Below are positions 8,849 to 17,924 of a DNA stretch of 39,152 nucleotides, piece after piece; position 1 is the first letter of the stretch; every line of letters starts with the position of its first letter. The notes beneath the pieces are model-generated. The model had not been told where the DNA came from, did not search any database, and was given only the letters and a program-made list of their open reading frames with translations. A program made the position numbers and the translations under genes. The stretch comes from Thermoproteota archaeon (GTDB taxonomy: Archaea > Thermoproteota > Bathyarchaeia > Bathyarchaeales > JAYEKF01), in the NCBI GenBank assembly GCA_034660895.1, contig JAYEKF010000009.1:1-39152 (forward strand), written 5' to 3'.

Positions 8849-11800
8849 TTCTTCTCCTCTTTAGACATCGTTGACATGTAAAGATCCACCAGACCAGTGC
8901 CAATCGGTATTGACTGACCCACTATAACATTTTCTGTTACACCCCGCAACGGGTCAGTTTCACCTTTAACAGCGGCTTCTACAAGACTGGGAACTGTAAT
9001 TTCAAAAGCCGCTCTAGCCAAAATACTGTCTTTTTCCCCACTAATTCCGTGTCTGCCAATCTGTCGTACATCACCCGTTGCAGTCATGATGTCCGCCACC
9101 AGCATGACATGGCGAACATCCACATCGAGACCTTGCTCATCTAACACGCCCATACCCTCCCTAATAATGGCGTTTCTAGCCGCCTCAATTCCCAGATTTT
9201 TAGCGACCTCCCGAATGTCGTTAGTAACTGTTCTTGCTGGATCCACACCTTCAATCTCGAAGACTGCAGAAAGGTTTGAACCATCGGTTCTTATAACCCA
9301 TTCGTCATCTTCCTCGGTTACAAGAACTCTACGCACATCCATCTTGCGCCCGCGTAGTAGGCTACATACTCCTTTAATCGCTTTTCTTGAAAGCCTATCG
9401 AGTAGTTTGTTTCGTCTTTTGTGGTCAGCCCATTTTTCGGGGTTGATCACTATTTGATTCTTCTTCATTCTTATTGTACATTTTCTCAGTTGTAATGCTT
9501 TCTGCAAATCTTCAGTTGTAATTTCTCTTTCTTCCATTGCAGCGGGGTTAAGTTCTACAATAATTTCTTCACGTACTGGATCTTCGTAAATGGTGTGTGC
9601 AATGTCTTCCAGTCTGGTGCAGATGATGTTACGAGCGATCTTTGTAGCTTTCTTTTTGCTTTTTTGATACTTCTTTGTTAGATGAACGGTCATAATCGGG
9701 GTGGATGGTTTTCGCCTAGCATCTACAATCTCGATAAGTCTGGGTAATCCTAGCGTCACGTTTTGTTCTCTAACCCCGGCGTAATGGAAAGTTCGAAGCG
9801 TCATCTGGGTACCCGGCTCACCTATGGATTGCGCAGCTACAACCCCCACAGCTTCACCCGGCTCCACTAAAGAACGTTTATAATGGTTCAAAGTTAACCG
9901 GATAGCTTCATCCACGCCTTTTCTACTCAGTTTAGCTTTGCTTAACTGACGGTTCAACTCTTCCACAAGGAAGGGGGTGAGCTTACTCTTTACCTTGTTT
10001 AGATGTTGTTCTATGTACTCAGCGGGGGCAGGTTTTCTCTTCCTCACCATGATCTCTACTTGTTCGATAAGCCGACTAACGTTCACAGCTTTTCCGTGGT
10101 CGCTTTTAGCTGGGTCAATTCCGTCTTCTCCGTAATTAAATTGAATAATGTCTCCAACGGAATTTCGAACTGTTCCATCGTATTCGATGCGTAAATGCTC
10201 TAGGGCGTTAATTAGTCGTCTTTGCATGTACCCGCTTTGTTGCGTCCGCACAGCAGTGTCCACTAAGCCCTCCCGACCGCCCATTGCATGGAAGAAAAAC
10301 TCAATAGGGTCTAACCCCGTTTGATAGGAGGAGTAGACAAATCCTCTCGCTTTCGGAGCTGGATCCCCTATCCTAAAATGGGGTAACGCACGTTTAACGT
10401 ATCCTCGCATAATTCGTTTTCCCCGCACGGACTGTTGTCCTACGCATGCAGTCATTTGGCCAACGTTTAGGCTGGAACCTCTTGCACCAACTCTTGTCAT
10501 GATGATGCCGGAGTTTTCCAAGCTAAAGTCTTCATCTGCAATTTTTCCAGCTTCGTCTCTAGCCTTAGCTAGTTCGTTCATTACGTAAATTTCAAATGAG
10601 TCTTCAAGGGTTTGACCTGGTAGCCTATGTAGTGTTCCCCTTCGATAATTTTCAATCAAATCCTGTATTCGATTTTCGAGCTTCTGCATTGCTTTGTGGA
10701 TTCCCTTTTTCGCGGTGGAGGACAACTCTAACTCGTCGTAGGAGTAGGTGAACCCACGCATAGTGATAAAAAGCTTGAGAACTTGACAAATCTTGTCAAG
10801 AAACTCTCGCCCGTTTTCAGTACCGTAATCCTTGATAATGCGATGAAAAAGACTTTCTGACTGCTCTGCGCCGATGGATCGTTTGTCAATTACACCACAC
10901 TTCAAGACGCCGTTTTTGATAACCACGTAAGCGTCGTATGGACATTTTTCGCGGAGACATTTAGTGCAACCATGACAGATGTTGGCTTTCAGTACGTAAT
11001 TCAAATCTTTCGGAAGAAAGAGGCTGAATATTTGCTTTCCGGACCAAAGTGGTTCTGGCTTTTTAACTTCAGGCTCCGGCAAATTTTCCCTCCAACCAGC
11101 AGTCATCAGTAAACGACATACTTCTTCTTTCGTGAGGTACGTGGATCTTCTTGTGAGAAGGTAGGCGGCAGTTATGAAATCTCGGATGGCCCCAATTATT
11201 GGACCTCCAAATCTAGGTGAAAGAATTTGATTTTGTACCCGCATCAAGAGATGTGCTTCTGTCCGTGCTTCCTCACTCTGTGGTACGTGAAGATTCATCT
11301 CGTCTCCGTCAAAGTCAGCGTTGTAGGGCGGACAAACACAAAGGTGCAAACGGAACGTTTTATGAGGTAACACCCGAACGGAATGCGCCATGATGGACAT
11401 CCGATGAAGGGAGGGCTGCCTATTAAAAATCGCAGTATCTCCGTTTCTAAGATGACGTTCTACAACGAAGCCGGGCTCTAAGGCTTCCGCAACTTTTTTT
11501 CGGTCTACGACAAACTCCAGTCGAATCCGTTTGCCGTCGGGTCTTATTACGTAGAGCGCACCGGGGTATTCATCTGGGCCGTTAGTAACCAACTTACGCA
11601 TCTCTTCAAAGTTCCACTCTGTAACTTTTTCGGGGATGGAAAGTCTTTTAGCGATTTCAAATGGAACTCCTACCTCGTTAATGTCTAAGTTTGGGTCTGG
11701 AGTGATCACTGTCCGCGCTGAAAAATCCACTCTCTTCCCAGAAAGGTTGGTTCTGAATCTTCCTTCTTTTCCTTTCAGCCGTTGCGACAGAGTCTTAAGC

Positions 11801-12705
11801 GCTCTACCTGAACGATGCCTAGCGGGCGGAATTCCTGAAGTTTGGTTGTTAAAGTAAGTTGTCACATGATATTGCAAGAGTTCGGAAAGATCTTGAATAA
11901 TAAGAGTGGGAGCACCCGCTTCCATGTTCTCCTTTAATCGTTGGTTAATGCGGATGATATCCACAAGCTTGTGGGTAAGGTCGTCTTCCGATCGGGCACC
12001 AGACTCTAAAGTGATGGAAGGTCTTACGTAAACGGGAGGAACAGGGAGAACTTGTAAAACCGTCCATTCTGGACGAGCAGTTTTAGGGTTAAACCCTAAA
12101 AGTTTAAGATCTTCATCAGGTATTCTTTCTAGCCTTTCGCGAACTATGCTTGAGGTTAAGGGATATTTCTGTGTTTTTTCCTCTTCTGGAATCTCTTCAA
12201 AAAATCTGGTGGGTTTTTCCAATCTTATTTTGTAATGCGGGGTGCCGCAATGGGGACATTCCTTGCTTCTTGCTTTCTTCAATAGGGCTTTATAGTATCT
12301 CTCTGGAACGATCCCTCGAATTTTTCGATAACGTCGGATTCTAGCCTTAATTTTGTTTATTTGATCCTTAGACAACAATATGCGGCCGCAGTTTCTGCAA
12401 GTGGCTCTTAGGAGGTTATAAATAATTTTGGCAAATTCGATGTGGATTATAGGAACTGCGAGTTCAATGTGGCCGAAATGTCCGGGGCAACGTATGGCAG
12501 TGTTTCCGCAGGTTTTACATCGCTGTCTGGGTTCTAATGTTCCTAACCGACCATCCATGAGCCCCGAAATTATGGGGGCGCCGTCCTCATCGTATGCGTC
12601 GGCAGTTTGGATCTCTGCTACAGAAAGCCTGCGTATCTCCTGGGGGGATAATATTCCGAACTGGATTTCATCTATTACTTTATGAACGGGCTCTTCCATC
12701 GCCAT
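8845..12705 (-). CDS. rpoA1: DNA-directed RNA polymerase subunit Rpo1 (A' and A'' fused in one chain)
   Basis: Catalytic YNADFDGDEMN, clamp Zn ligands CKTC..CPGH, GKRVDFSART, and A'' motifs AQSIGEPGTQMTLRTFH and RAAFE in one 1286-aa ORF. Confidence 0.98.
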   Translation of the reverse strand: MAMEEPVHKVIDEIQFGILSPQEIRRLSVAEIQTADAYDEDGAPIISGLMDGRLGTLEPRQRCKTCGNTAIRCPGHFGHIELAVPIIHIEFAKIIYNLLRATCRNCGRILLSKDQINKIKARIRRYRKIRGIVPERYYKALLKKARSKECPHCGTPHYKIRLEKPTRFFEEIPEEEKTQKYPLTSSIVRERLERIPDEDLKLLGFNPKTARPEWTVLQVLPVPPVYVRPSITLESGARSEDDLTHKLVDIIRINQRLKENMEAGAPTLIIQDLSELLQYHVTTYFNNQTSGIPPARHRSGRALKTLSQRLKGKEGRFRTNLSGKRVDFSARTVITPDPNLDINEVGVPFEIAKRLSIPEKVTEWNFEEMRKLVTNGPDEYPGALYVIRPDGKRIRLEFVVDRKKVAEALEPGFVVERHLRNGDTAIFNRQPSLHRMSIMAHSVRVLPHKTFRLHLCVCPPYNADFDGDEMNLHVPQSEEARTEAHLLMRVQNQILSPRFGGPIIGAIRDFITAAYLLTRRSTYLTKEEVCRLLMTAGWRENLPEPEVKKPEPLWSGKQIFSLFLPKDLNYVLKANICHGCTKCLREKCPYDAYVVIKNGVLKCGVIDKRSIGAEQSESLFHRIIKDYGTENGREFLDKICQVLKLFITMRGFTYSYDELELSSTAKKGIHKAMQKLENRIQDLIENYRRGTLHRLPGQTLEDSFEIYVMNELAKARDEAGKIADEDFSLENSGIIMTRVGARGSSLNVGQMTACVGQQSVRGKRIMRGYVKRALPHFRIGDPAPKARGFVYSSYQTGLDPIEFFFHAMGGREGLVDTAVRTQQSGYMQRRLINALEHLRIEYDGTVRNSVGDIIQFNYGEDGIDPAKSDHGKAVNVSRLIEQVEIMVRKRKPAPAEYIEQHLNKVKSKLTPFLVEELNRQLSKAKLSRKGVDEAIRLTLNHYKRSLVEPGEAVGVVAAQSIGEPGTQMTLRTFHYAGVREQNVTLGLPRLIEIVDARRKPSTPIMTVHLTKKYQKSKKKATKIARNIICTRLEDIAHTIYEDPVREEIIVELNPAAMEEREITTEDLQKALQLRKCTIRMKKNQIVINPEKWADHKRRNKLLDRLSRKAIKGVCSLLRGRKMDVRRVLVTEEDDEWVIRTDGSNLSAVFEIEGVDPARTVTNDIREVAKNLGIEAARNAIIREGMGVLDEQGLDVDVRHVMLVADIMTATGDVRQIGRHGISGEKDSILARAAFEITVPSLVEAAVKGETDPLRGVTENVIVGQSIPIGTGLVDLYMSTMSKEEKK

Positions 12706-12706
12706 C

Positions 12707-15700
12707 TTAAACTCTCTCCTTTAATTTAAGGCGGGGAGACAGACAGAGACTCATTAATTCTTGCACGAGAAGCTTGAAGGCGTAAGAAACTTCTACGGGA
12801 GAAATTTTGGCTTTATCTTCACATAGTGGACATATGTACCTGCGTTGTTTAATGTCGTAATAAGCGATGCACCCGCAATTCTGGCATACATAAACCAAAT
12901 ATTTATCCGATTCTTCTAAAAGGCGGTCGCGTAACAACATAACAGCACCATGACTGATCAAGCAGTCCCGTTCCATCTCCCCAAAACGTAGCCCACCCCC
13001 TCTCGCCCGCCCTTCAGTCGGCTGCCGTGTCAACATTTGCACTTGTCCTCGCGCTCTTGCATGAATTTTGTCTGACACCATGTGATGAAGCTTTTGATAA
13101 TAAACGATTCCAACGAATACGTCCGCAACAAATTTTTCACCTGTGACACCATTGTAAAAAATTTCGCGACCGGTGCGGCTGAAACCTAATTCGGTCAATG
13201 CTTGTTTTAGTTGGTCCGGGTTTTCATTGACAAAGGGGGTTCCGTCTATGGGACTTCCTCTTCCTGCAGCGATTTTTCCAGCCATAGATTCTAGGAATTG
13301 CCCAATTGTCATTCGGGATGGGATGGCGTGTGGATTAATTATGATGTCGGGGACGATTCCATCTCCGGTGAAGGGCATGTCCTCCTGCGGCACAATCATT
13401 CCTATAACCCCTTTCTGTCCGTGGCGGGAGGCAAACTTGTCGCCTAACTCAGGGATACGTTGGTCACGTGCTCGAACCTTTACTAGTTGGTTCCCTTCTC
13501 GGGTTTCTGTGATGAACACGTCATCTACGACGCCGGTTTCAGCGGGCCTCACGTCTTCTGACGTGTCTCTTAGAGACGGCCCCTTAACCTCAAACTCTTT
13601 ATATTCCTCCAGAAATCGTGGGGGGCTTGTCCGTCCAATAAGAACATCTCCGCCAGCCACTTTTGATTCTAAGCTGACGACGCCGTCCGGTTCAAGAAGA
13701 CGGTAATATTGTTCTCCTCTGTATCCCCGAGTACTAGGATCGGGCGTTGTGAACTGGTCTCTTAATCCACCTAAATATTGGCGGCATTCCGCGTCGTAAA
13801 CGCGATAGAAAGTGGATCGCGCTAACCCTCGTTCGATGGATGCTTTGTTAAAGACAAGCGCGTCTTCCATGTTGTAGCCTTCAAACGGCATCACAGCAAC
13901 AATACAGTTTTGCCCGGAAGGCCGACGATTATAACCAATAATGTTCATGGACTTAGTTTCGATTAATGGTGTTTGAGGGTAGTGCAGAATATGGGAGCGT
14001 GAATCCGCTCGATAAGAGGAATTAGTGCAATACACTCCGAGTGCCTGCTTAGCCATAGCTGCCTCATATGAGTTGCGTGGAGACTGATTATGTTCAGCAT
14101 ATGGTACAAGAGATGCAGCTACTCCAAGAATTGTATAAGGGGCGATCTCAATGTGGGTGTGTTGGGGGAGAACTTCATCGAAGTTAAGGGCGACATAGGT
14201 GTTCTCCTCTTCTTCAGCGTCGATGCATTCGACGACTCCGTTTTCAACCAAGTCTTTCCACGACCACTCTGCTGAACGAATTTTTTCGATGTGCTCTAGT
14301 TGTAGTTTGGGCGCACCGTTTTCTACAATTATAAGAGGGCGGCGGACACGTCCTTCGTCACAGTTGACGTAAATTTCGTCTTTTTCTCCGTAAATTTTGG
14401 AGAAATAGGCAATGTTAACTTCGCTGGAAACTTCTCCTCTTCTACGTTTATTTCTGAAACTTTTGACAAGCTCCTCTGGTGAGGCATAGTATCCGATAGG
14501 GCTGCCGTCTACGAAGACTTTGGCGCCGGAAAGCCTTAAAGTGTTGTTTGCTTCTTCAAGAGGAACCACACCCATATGATGCAAGGTTCGCTTGATTTCC
14601 TCCGAGTTCACACCGACAGAGATGCAAGCAGATAAAGCCAAGTTTTTCACTAAGCCACAGTTCGATCCTTCCGGCGTTTCATTGGGGCATAGACGACCCC
14701 AGTGGGTCGGATGTAGGTCCCGGGCTTCAAAGTTGGGTTGGCGTCGACTCAGGGGGGACTGAAGCCGTCGTAGATGACTTAAAGTAGATACTGTGTTTGT
14801 TCGGTCGAGAAGTTGAGTGACTCCAACGCGTCCTCTTCCCCAGTTGCCTGTGGCAAGGGCGTGGCGAAGTCGATTGCTAATAATGCCGGGACGAACAGCT
14901 ATGGAAACCGTGATCATTCGTCCTCTTTTTTTTACACCCATTCTTTCAAGTTGATATTTTATGTCGCGGCAAAGGCTTCTGAACGCAACACGGAAAAGAT
15001 CGGCCAGTAAGGCTCCTGCAACTTTTAAGCGTTTATTTTTAGAGTGATCCTTGTCGTCGGGCTTTCGTTTTCCAAGCTTTAACTCGATTACGCGACAAGC
15101 CATCTCGCCGAGAAATAGTGCTTTGCCGTTACGTTTATCCTCTATGCGGCCAATGTGAGGTAGGAAGTTTCGGTCAAGAATTCTTTCTGCTCTTCTGATG
15201 CGGTATTCTTCTACTTGTCCGTGTGCTACGCGGTTTCCGATGTATAAGATGGCTCCTTCAACTGTGTCAACGTCTTCGATGTCTTCAACTTCATCAAAGC
15301 AAGGCGCCAATTCGTTTTGTATTGTTTTTTCTGGAGAAACTGCTTCAGCGATTTCTCTGTCCGATTCCAGTCCAAGAGCTCGCATCAAGATGACGAAGGG
15401 AATTTTTGTTGGGACCCCTGGCATAGATAGGTGTATTGTGCCATCTGATTTCATACGTAGTTGGATTCTAGCTCTGAAGCCCACTGTTGTAGAGAATATT
15501 TTTGCTTGGTATACTGGTTTGGCGCCGCGTGTGTCGATGTCCAGTAACACACGGTTAGATGCTAGGTCTTCCATGGCGACCATGACTCGTTCAGAGCCGT
15601 TTATGATGAAGTAGCCACCTGAGTCGTTTGAGTCTTCTCCGTGTGAGATTAATTCTTCACGGTTTAGTTGGGATAGGAAACAGAGTTTAGATTTGAGCAT

Positions 15701-16087
15701 TACGGGGATGTTACCTATTAAAACCAGTTCTGTATCCAGTTCTCTTCCATCGATTATTGGGGTCATTTCTACGGCGAGGGGAGCGGCGTAGGTTATGTCA
15801 CGTAAGCGGGCTTCCGTTGGGTAAATCTCGTGTTTTGTTCCATCTACTTCTGTTATGTAAGGTCCGCTGATTCTGGATTGTGGGTCGATAATCCATGCTT
15901 GACCTAGCTTTATTTTGTATGGGTTTTCCGGGATTTCGATTTCGATTTCGTCTCTTTCGTTTATGATTTCTTGGATGCCGTGCTCGATGAAGTTGTTGTA
16001 GGAATCTAGGTGTTGTCGGACGAGGCCTTTTTCATGGAAGAAGGATTGAATGAGGGTTTGGATGTCATCGGGTGAAATTTTATCCAT
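12707..16087 (-). CDS. rpoB: DNA-directed RNA polymerase subunit Rpo2 (B, unsplit)
   Basis: GYFIINGSE, ETPEGSNCGLVKN, GDKFASRHGQKG, GGLRFGEMERD, C-terminal Zn ribbon. Confidence 0.98.
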   Translation of the reverse strand: MDKISPDDIQTLIQSFFHEKGLVRQHLDSYNNFIEHGIQEIINERDEIEIEIPENPYKIKLGQAWIIDPQSRISGPYITEVDGTKHEIYPTEARLRDITYAAPLAVEMTPIIDGRELDTELVLIGNIPVMLKSKLCFLSQLNREELISHGEDSNDSGGYFIINGSERVMVAMEDLASNRVLLDIDTRGAKPVYQAKIFSTTVGFRARIQLRMKSDGTIHLSMPGVPTKIPFVILMRALGLESDREIAEAVSPEKTIQNELAPCFDEVEDIEDVDTVEGAILYIGNRVAHGQVEEYRIRRAERILDRNFLPHIGRIEDKRNGKALFLGEMACRVIELKLGKRKPDDKDHSKNKRLKVAGALLADLFRVAFRSLCRDIKYQLERMGVKKRGRMITVSIAVRPGIISNRLRHALATGNWGRGRVGVTQLLDRTNTVSTLSHLRRLQSPLSRRQPNFEARDLHPTHWGRLCPNETPEGSNCGLVKNLALSACISVGVNSEEIKRTLHHMGVVPLEEANNTLRLSGAKVFVDGSPIGYYASPEELVKSFRNKRRRGEVSSEVNIAYFSKIYGEKDEIYVNCDEGRVRRPLIIVENGAPKLQLEHIEKIRSAEWSWKDLVENGVVECIDAEEEENTYVALNFDEVLPQHTHIEIAPYTILGVAASLVPYAEHNQSPRNSYEAAMAKQALGVYCTNSSYRADSRSHILHYPQTPLIETKSMNIIGYNRRPSGQNCIVAVMPFEGYNMEDALVFNKASIERGLARSTFYRVYDAECRQYLGGLRDQFTTPDPSTRGYRGEQYYRLLEPDGVVSLESKVAGGDVLIGRTSPPRFLEEYKEFEVKGPSLRDTSEDVRPAETGVVDDVFITETREGNQLVKVRARDQRIPELGDKFASRHGQKGVIGMIVPQEDMPFTGDGIVPDIIINPHAIPSRMTIGQFLESMAGKIAAGRGSPIDGTPFVNENPDQLKQALTELGFSRTGREIFYNGVTGEKFVADVFVGIVYYQKLHHMVSDKIHARARGQVQMLTRQPTEGRARGGGLRFGEMERDCLISHGAVMLLRDRLLEESDKYLVYVCQNCGCIAYYDIKQRRYICPLCEDKAKISPVEVSYAFKLLVQELMSLCLSPRLKLKERV

Positions 16088-16485
16088 TTTTTGTTAAACC
16101 TCTAAGGTTTGTTGTGTAATCAGGTTGTGTTGAGTAGGATAATTTTGTATGGTTTGTATCAATTTTGGAGTTTCCTCCAGTTGGTTGAAGAAAATATGGG
16201 TTCCGATTTTGATTCCTCAACAATTTTTTCGGAAGCTAGGGACGTTAAACTGTGGAGCTTATTAATAAACATTATTGTTTAGTGGTGCGTGAAAAATTTT
16301 TTGTGCGGTGGGTGATTGGGTTTTTTGTTCTGTTTGTCTTGTGGTTCTGTTCTTAGTTTGCTTTTACGTACAGGTTAGATGAGAAAACAACATGAATTAG
16401 GTGAGAATTGGGATGTTTTCTTGTATGGAGTGGAGATGCGCTTAAGAGGTTGAACTGTGTTCTCTTTTTGTTGCGGTGTTTAGAG

Positions 16486-17553
16486 GTGGTTGAGAAGCGT
16501 GTTAAGGAACGGGTGACCATGGCTCATGGTGCAGGCGGCGCGGTGATGAACGATTTAGTTCAGCGTTTTGTGCTACGTTATCTCGGCGGCGGCCGTGCAG
16601 AGGTTGGATTAGAGATGTTAGACGACGCGGCGGTGATTGATGACGTGGTTTTGAAGTCTGACAGTCACGCGGTTAAGCCGCTGTTTTTTCCCGGCGGAGA
16701 CATTGGGCGGGTGGCTATAGCGGGGACGGTGAACGACATTGCGGTTTTGGGGGCTAAGCCTGTAGCGTTGACTTGCGGCTTGGTTTTGGAGGAAGGCTTG
16801 CTTTTGGACTATTTGGAGCGAATTATGCGTAGCATGCGAGATACCTGCAAAGAAGCTGGTGTGCACGTGATCACCGGAGACACGAAAGTAGTGGAACATG
16901 GCGGTTTAGGCGGATGTGTGGTGAACACTAGCGGAATTGGGCGACGGTGTGAGGCGTTGGAAAAGAACTTTCAAGTGGTGAAAGAGTTTCGAGCGGGCTT
17001 TCGGACTCGTTGGGTTTTGGACTCCAATCTAAAGTCCGGGGACAAACTGATTGTTTCGGGAACAGTTGGAGACCATGGTTTAGCGGTTTTGTCGGCTCAG
17101 GAGGGCTACAGTTTCGGTGGGGGCATCATTTCGGATGTTGCGCCGTTAAATCATTTGATTGCTAAGCTTTTGGAGGTTGGTGGAATTGTGGCGATGAAGG
17201 ACCCCACTCGTGGCGGTTTGTCGAATGCCTTGAACGAGTTCTGTGAAAAGTCGAAGGTGGGTTTACTGGTGGAGGAAGAGAAGATTCCACTTCGGGAGGA
17301 CGTAAAAGCGGCTTCTGAAATGTTGGGAATCGACCCCTTAGAAGTTGGAAACGAAGGGAAAGTCCTTATAGGCGTCGTACCTGAAAAGGCGGAAGAAGTG
17401 TTGACGGCGTTGAAAAAGACGAAGGAAGGAAAAAACGCAGAAATCATCGGAGAAGCCACAGACGAGTTCGATGTAGTTGCTTTACAAACCTTGGTTGGCG
17501 GAAGAAGAATACTTGCCCCACCGGTTGGCGACCCAATTCCCAGAATATGCTAA
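16486..17553 (+). CDS. hypE: Hydrogenase maturation carbamoyl dehydratase HypE
   Basis: MAHGAGG, PLFFPGGDIG, GDTKVV, DPTRGG, C-terminal PRIC; start uncertain (GTG 16486 or later; track start 16408). Confidence 0.95.
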   Translation: MVEKRVKERVTMAHGAGGAVMNDLVQRFVLRYLGGGRAEVGLEMLDDAAVIDDVVLKSDSHAVKPLFFPGGDIGRVAIAGTVNDIAVLGAKPVALTCGLVLEEGLLLDYLERIMRSMRDTCKEAGVHVITGDTKVVEHGGLGGCVVNTSGIGRRCEALEKNFQVVKEFRAGFRTRWVLDSNLKSGDKLIVSGTVGDHGLAVLSAQEGYSFGGGIISDVAPLNHLIAKLLEVGGIVAMKDPTRGGLSNALNEFCEKSKVGLLVEEEKIPLREDVKAASEMLGIDPLEVGNEGKVLIGVVPEKAEEVLTALKKTKEGKNAEIIGEATDEFDVVALQTLVGGRRILAPPVGDPIPRIC

Positions 17554-17924
17554 TTTTCCGAATTTGCAAGATTCTTATGTTCGAAGGATAAGCTTGATTA
17601 GGAGAATGTGCAGTTATGTCTGTAGAATAGATAGTTTCTCAAGTAAGGTTGGAGCTTAAAAAGAAAGGCAGTTAGGAAGGTGTGGAAAAAGCGAGACGCT
17701 TCTTTAAGCGCAAAACGGTGGCAGAGTTTAGGGAACAAAATTTTAGTTTTACCCCGAGAGTTCTCCTTAACCACCGCTTGGATGTGCTCCGCTAGTAGAA
17801 ATAGAGTCTACTTCTTAGCGATTTTGAGTTATAATTCATTTTTTTGCTTCATAATTTAATTAAACCCAACCTGCAGTAGCCATACGTAGTTGGATTTCAT
17901 CCATAATGTAGAGGAAAATTAAGG

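Noticed and set aside
8845-12705. A'/A'' fusion as a novelty; possible inteins in RNAP subunits
   Set aside because: Unsplit Rpo1 is already known in several TACK lineages; lengths are normal and no intein motifs are seen.
13173-13706. Long antisense ORFs (also 15198-15614, 25537-25977, 27317-27769, 38124-38555 and others)
   Set aside because: They are shadows of well-supported genes on the opposite strand and carry no motifs.
17616-17850. Possible decayed ORF between hypE and the HhH gene (MSVE*IVSQVRLELKRK...)
   Set aside because: Early stop and no family recognisable; cannot be supported.
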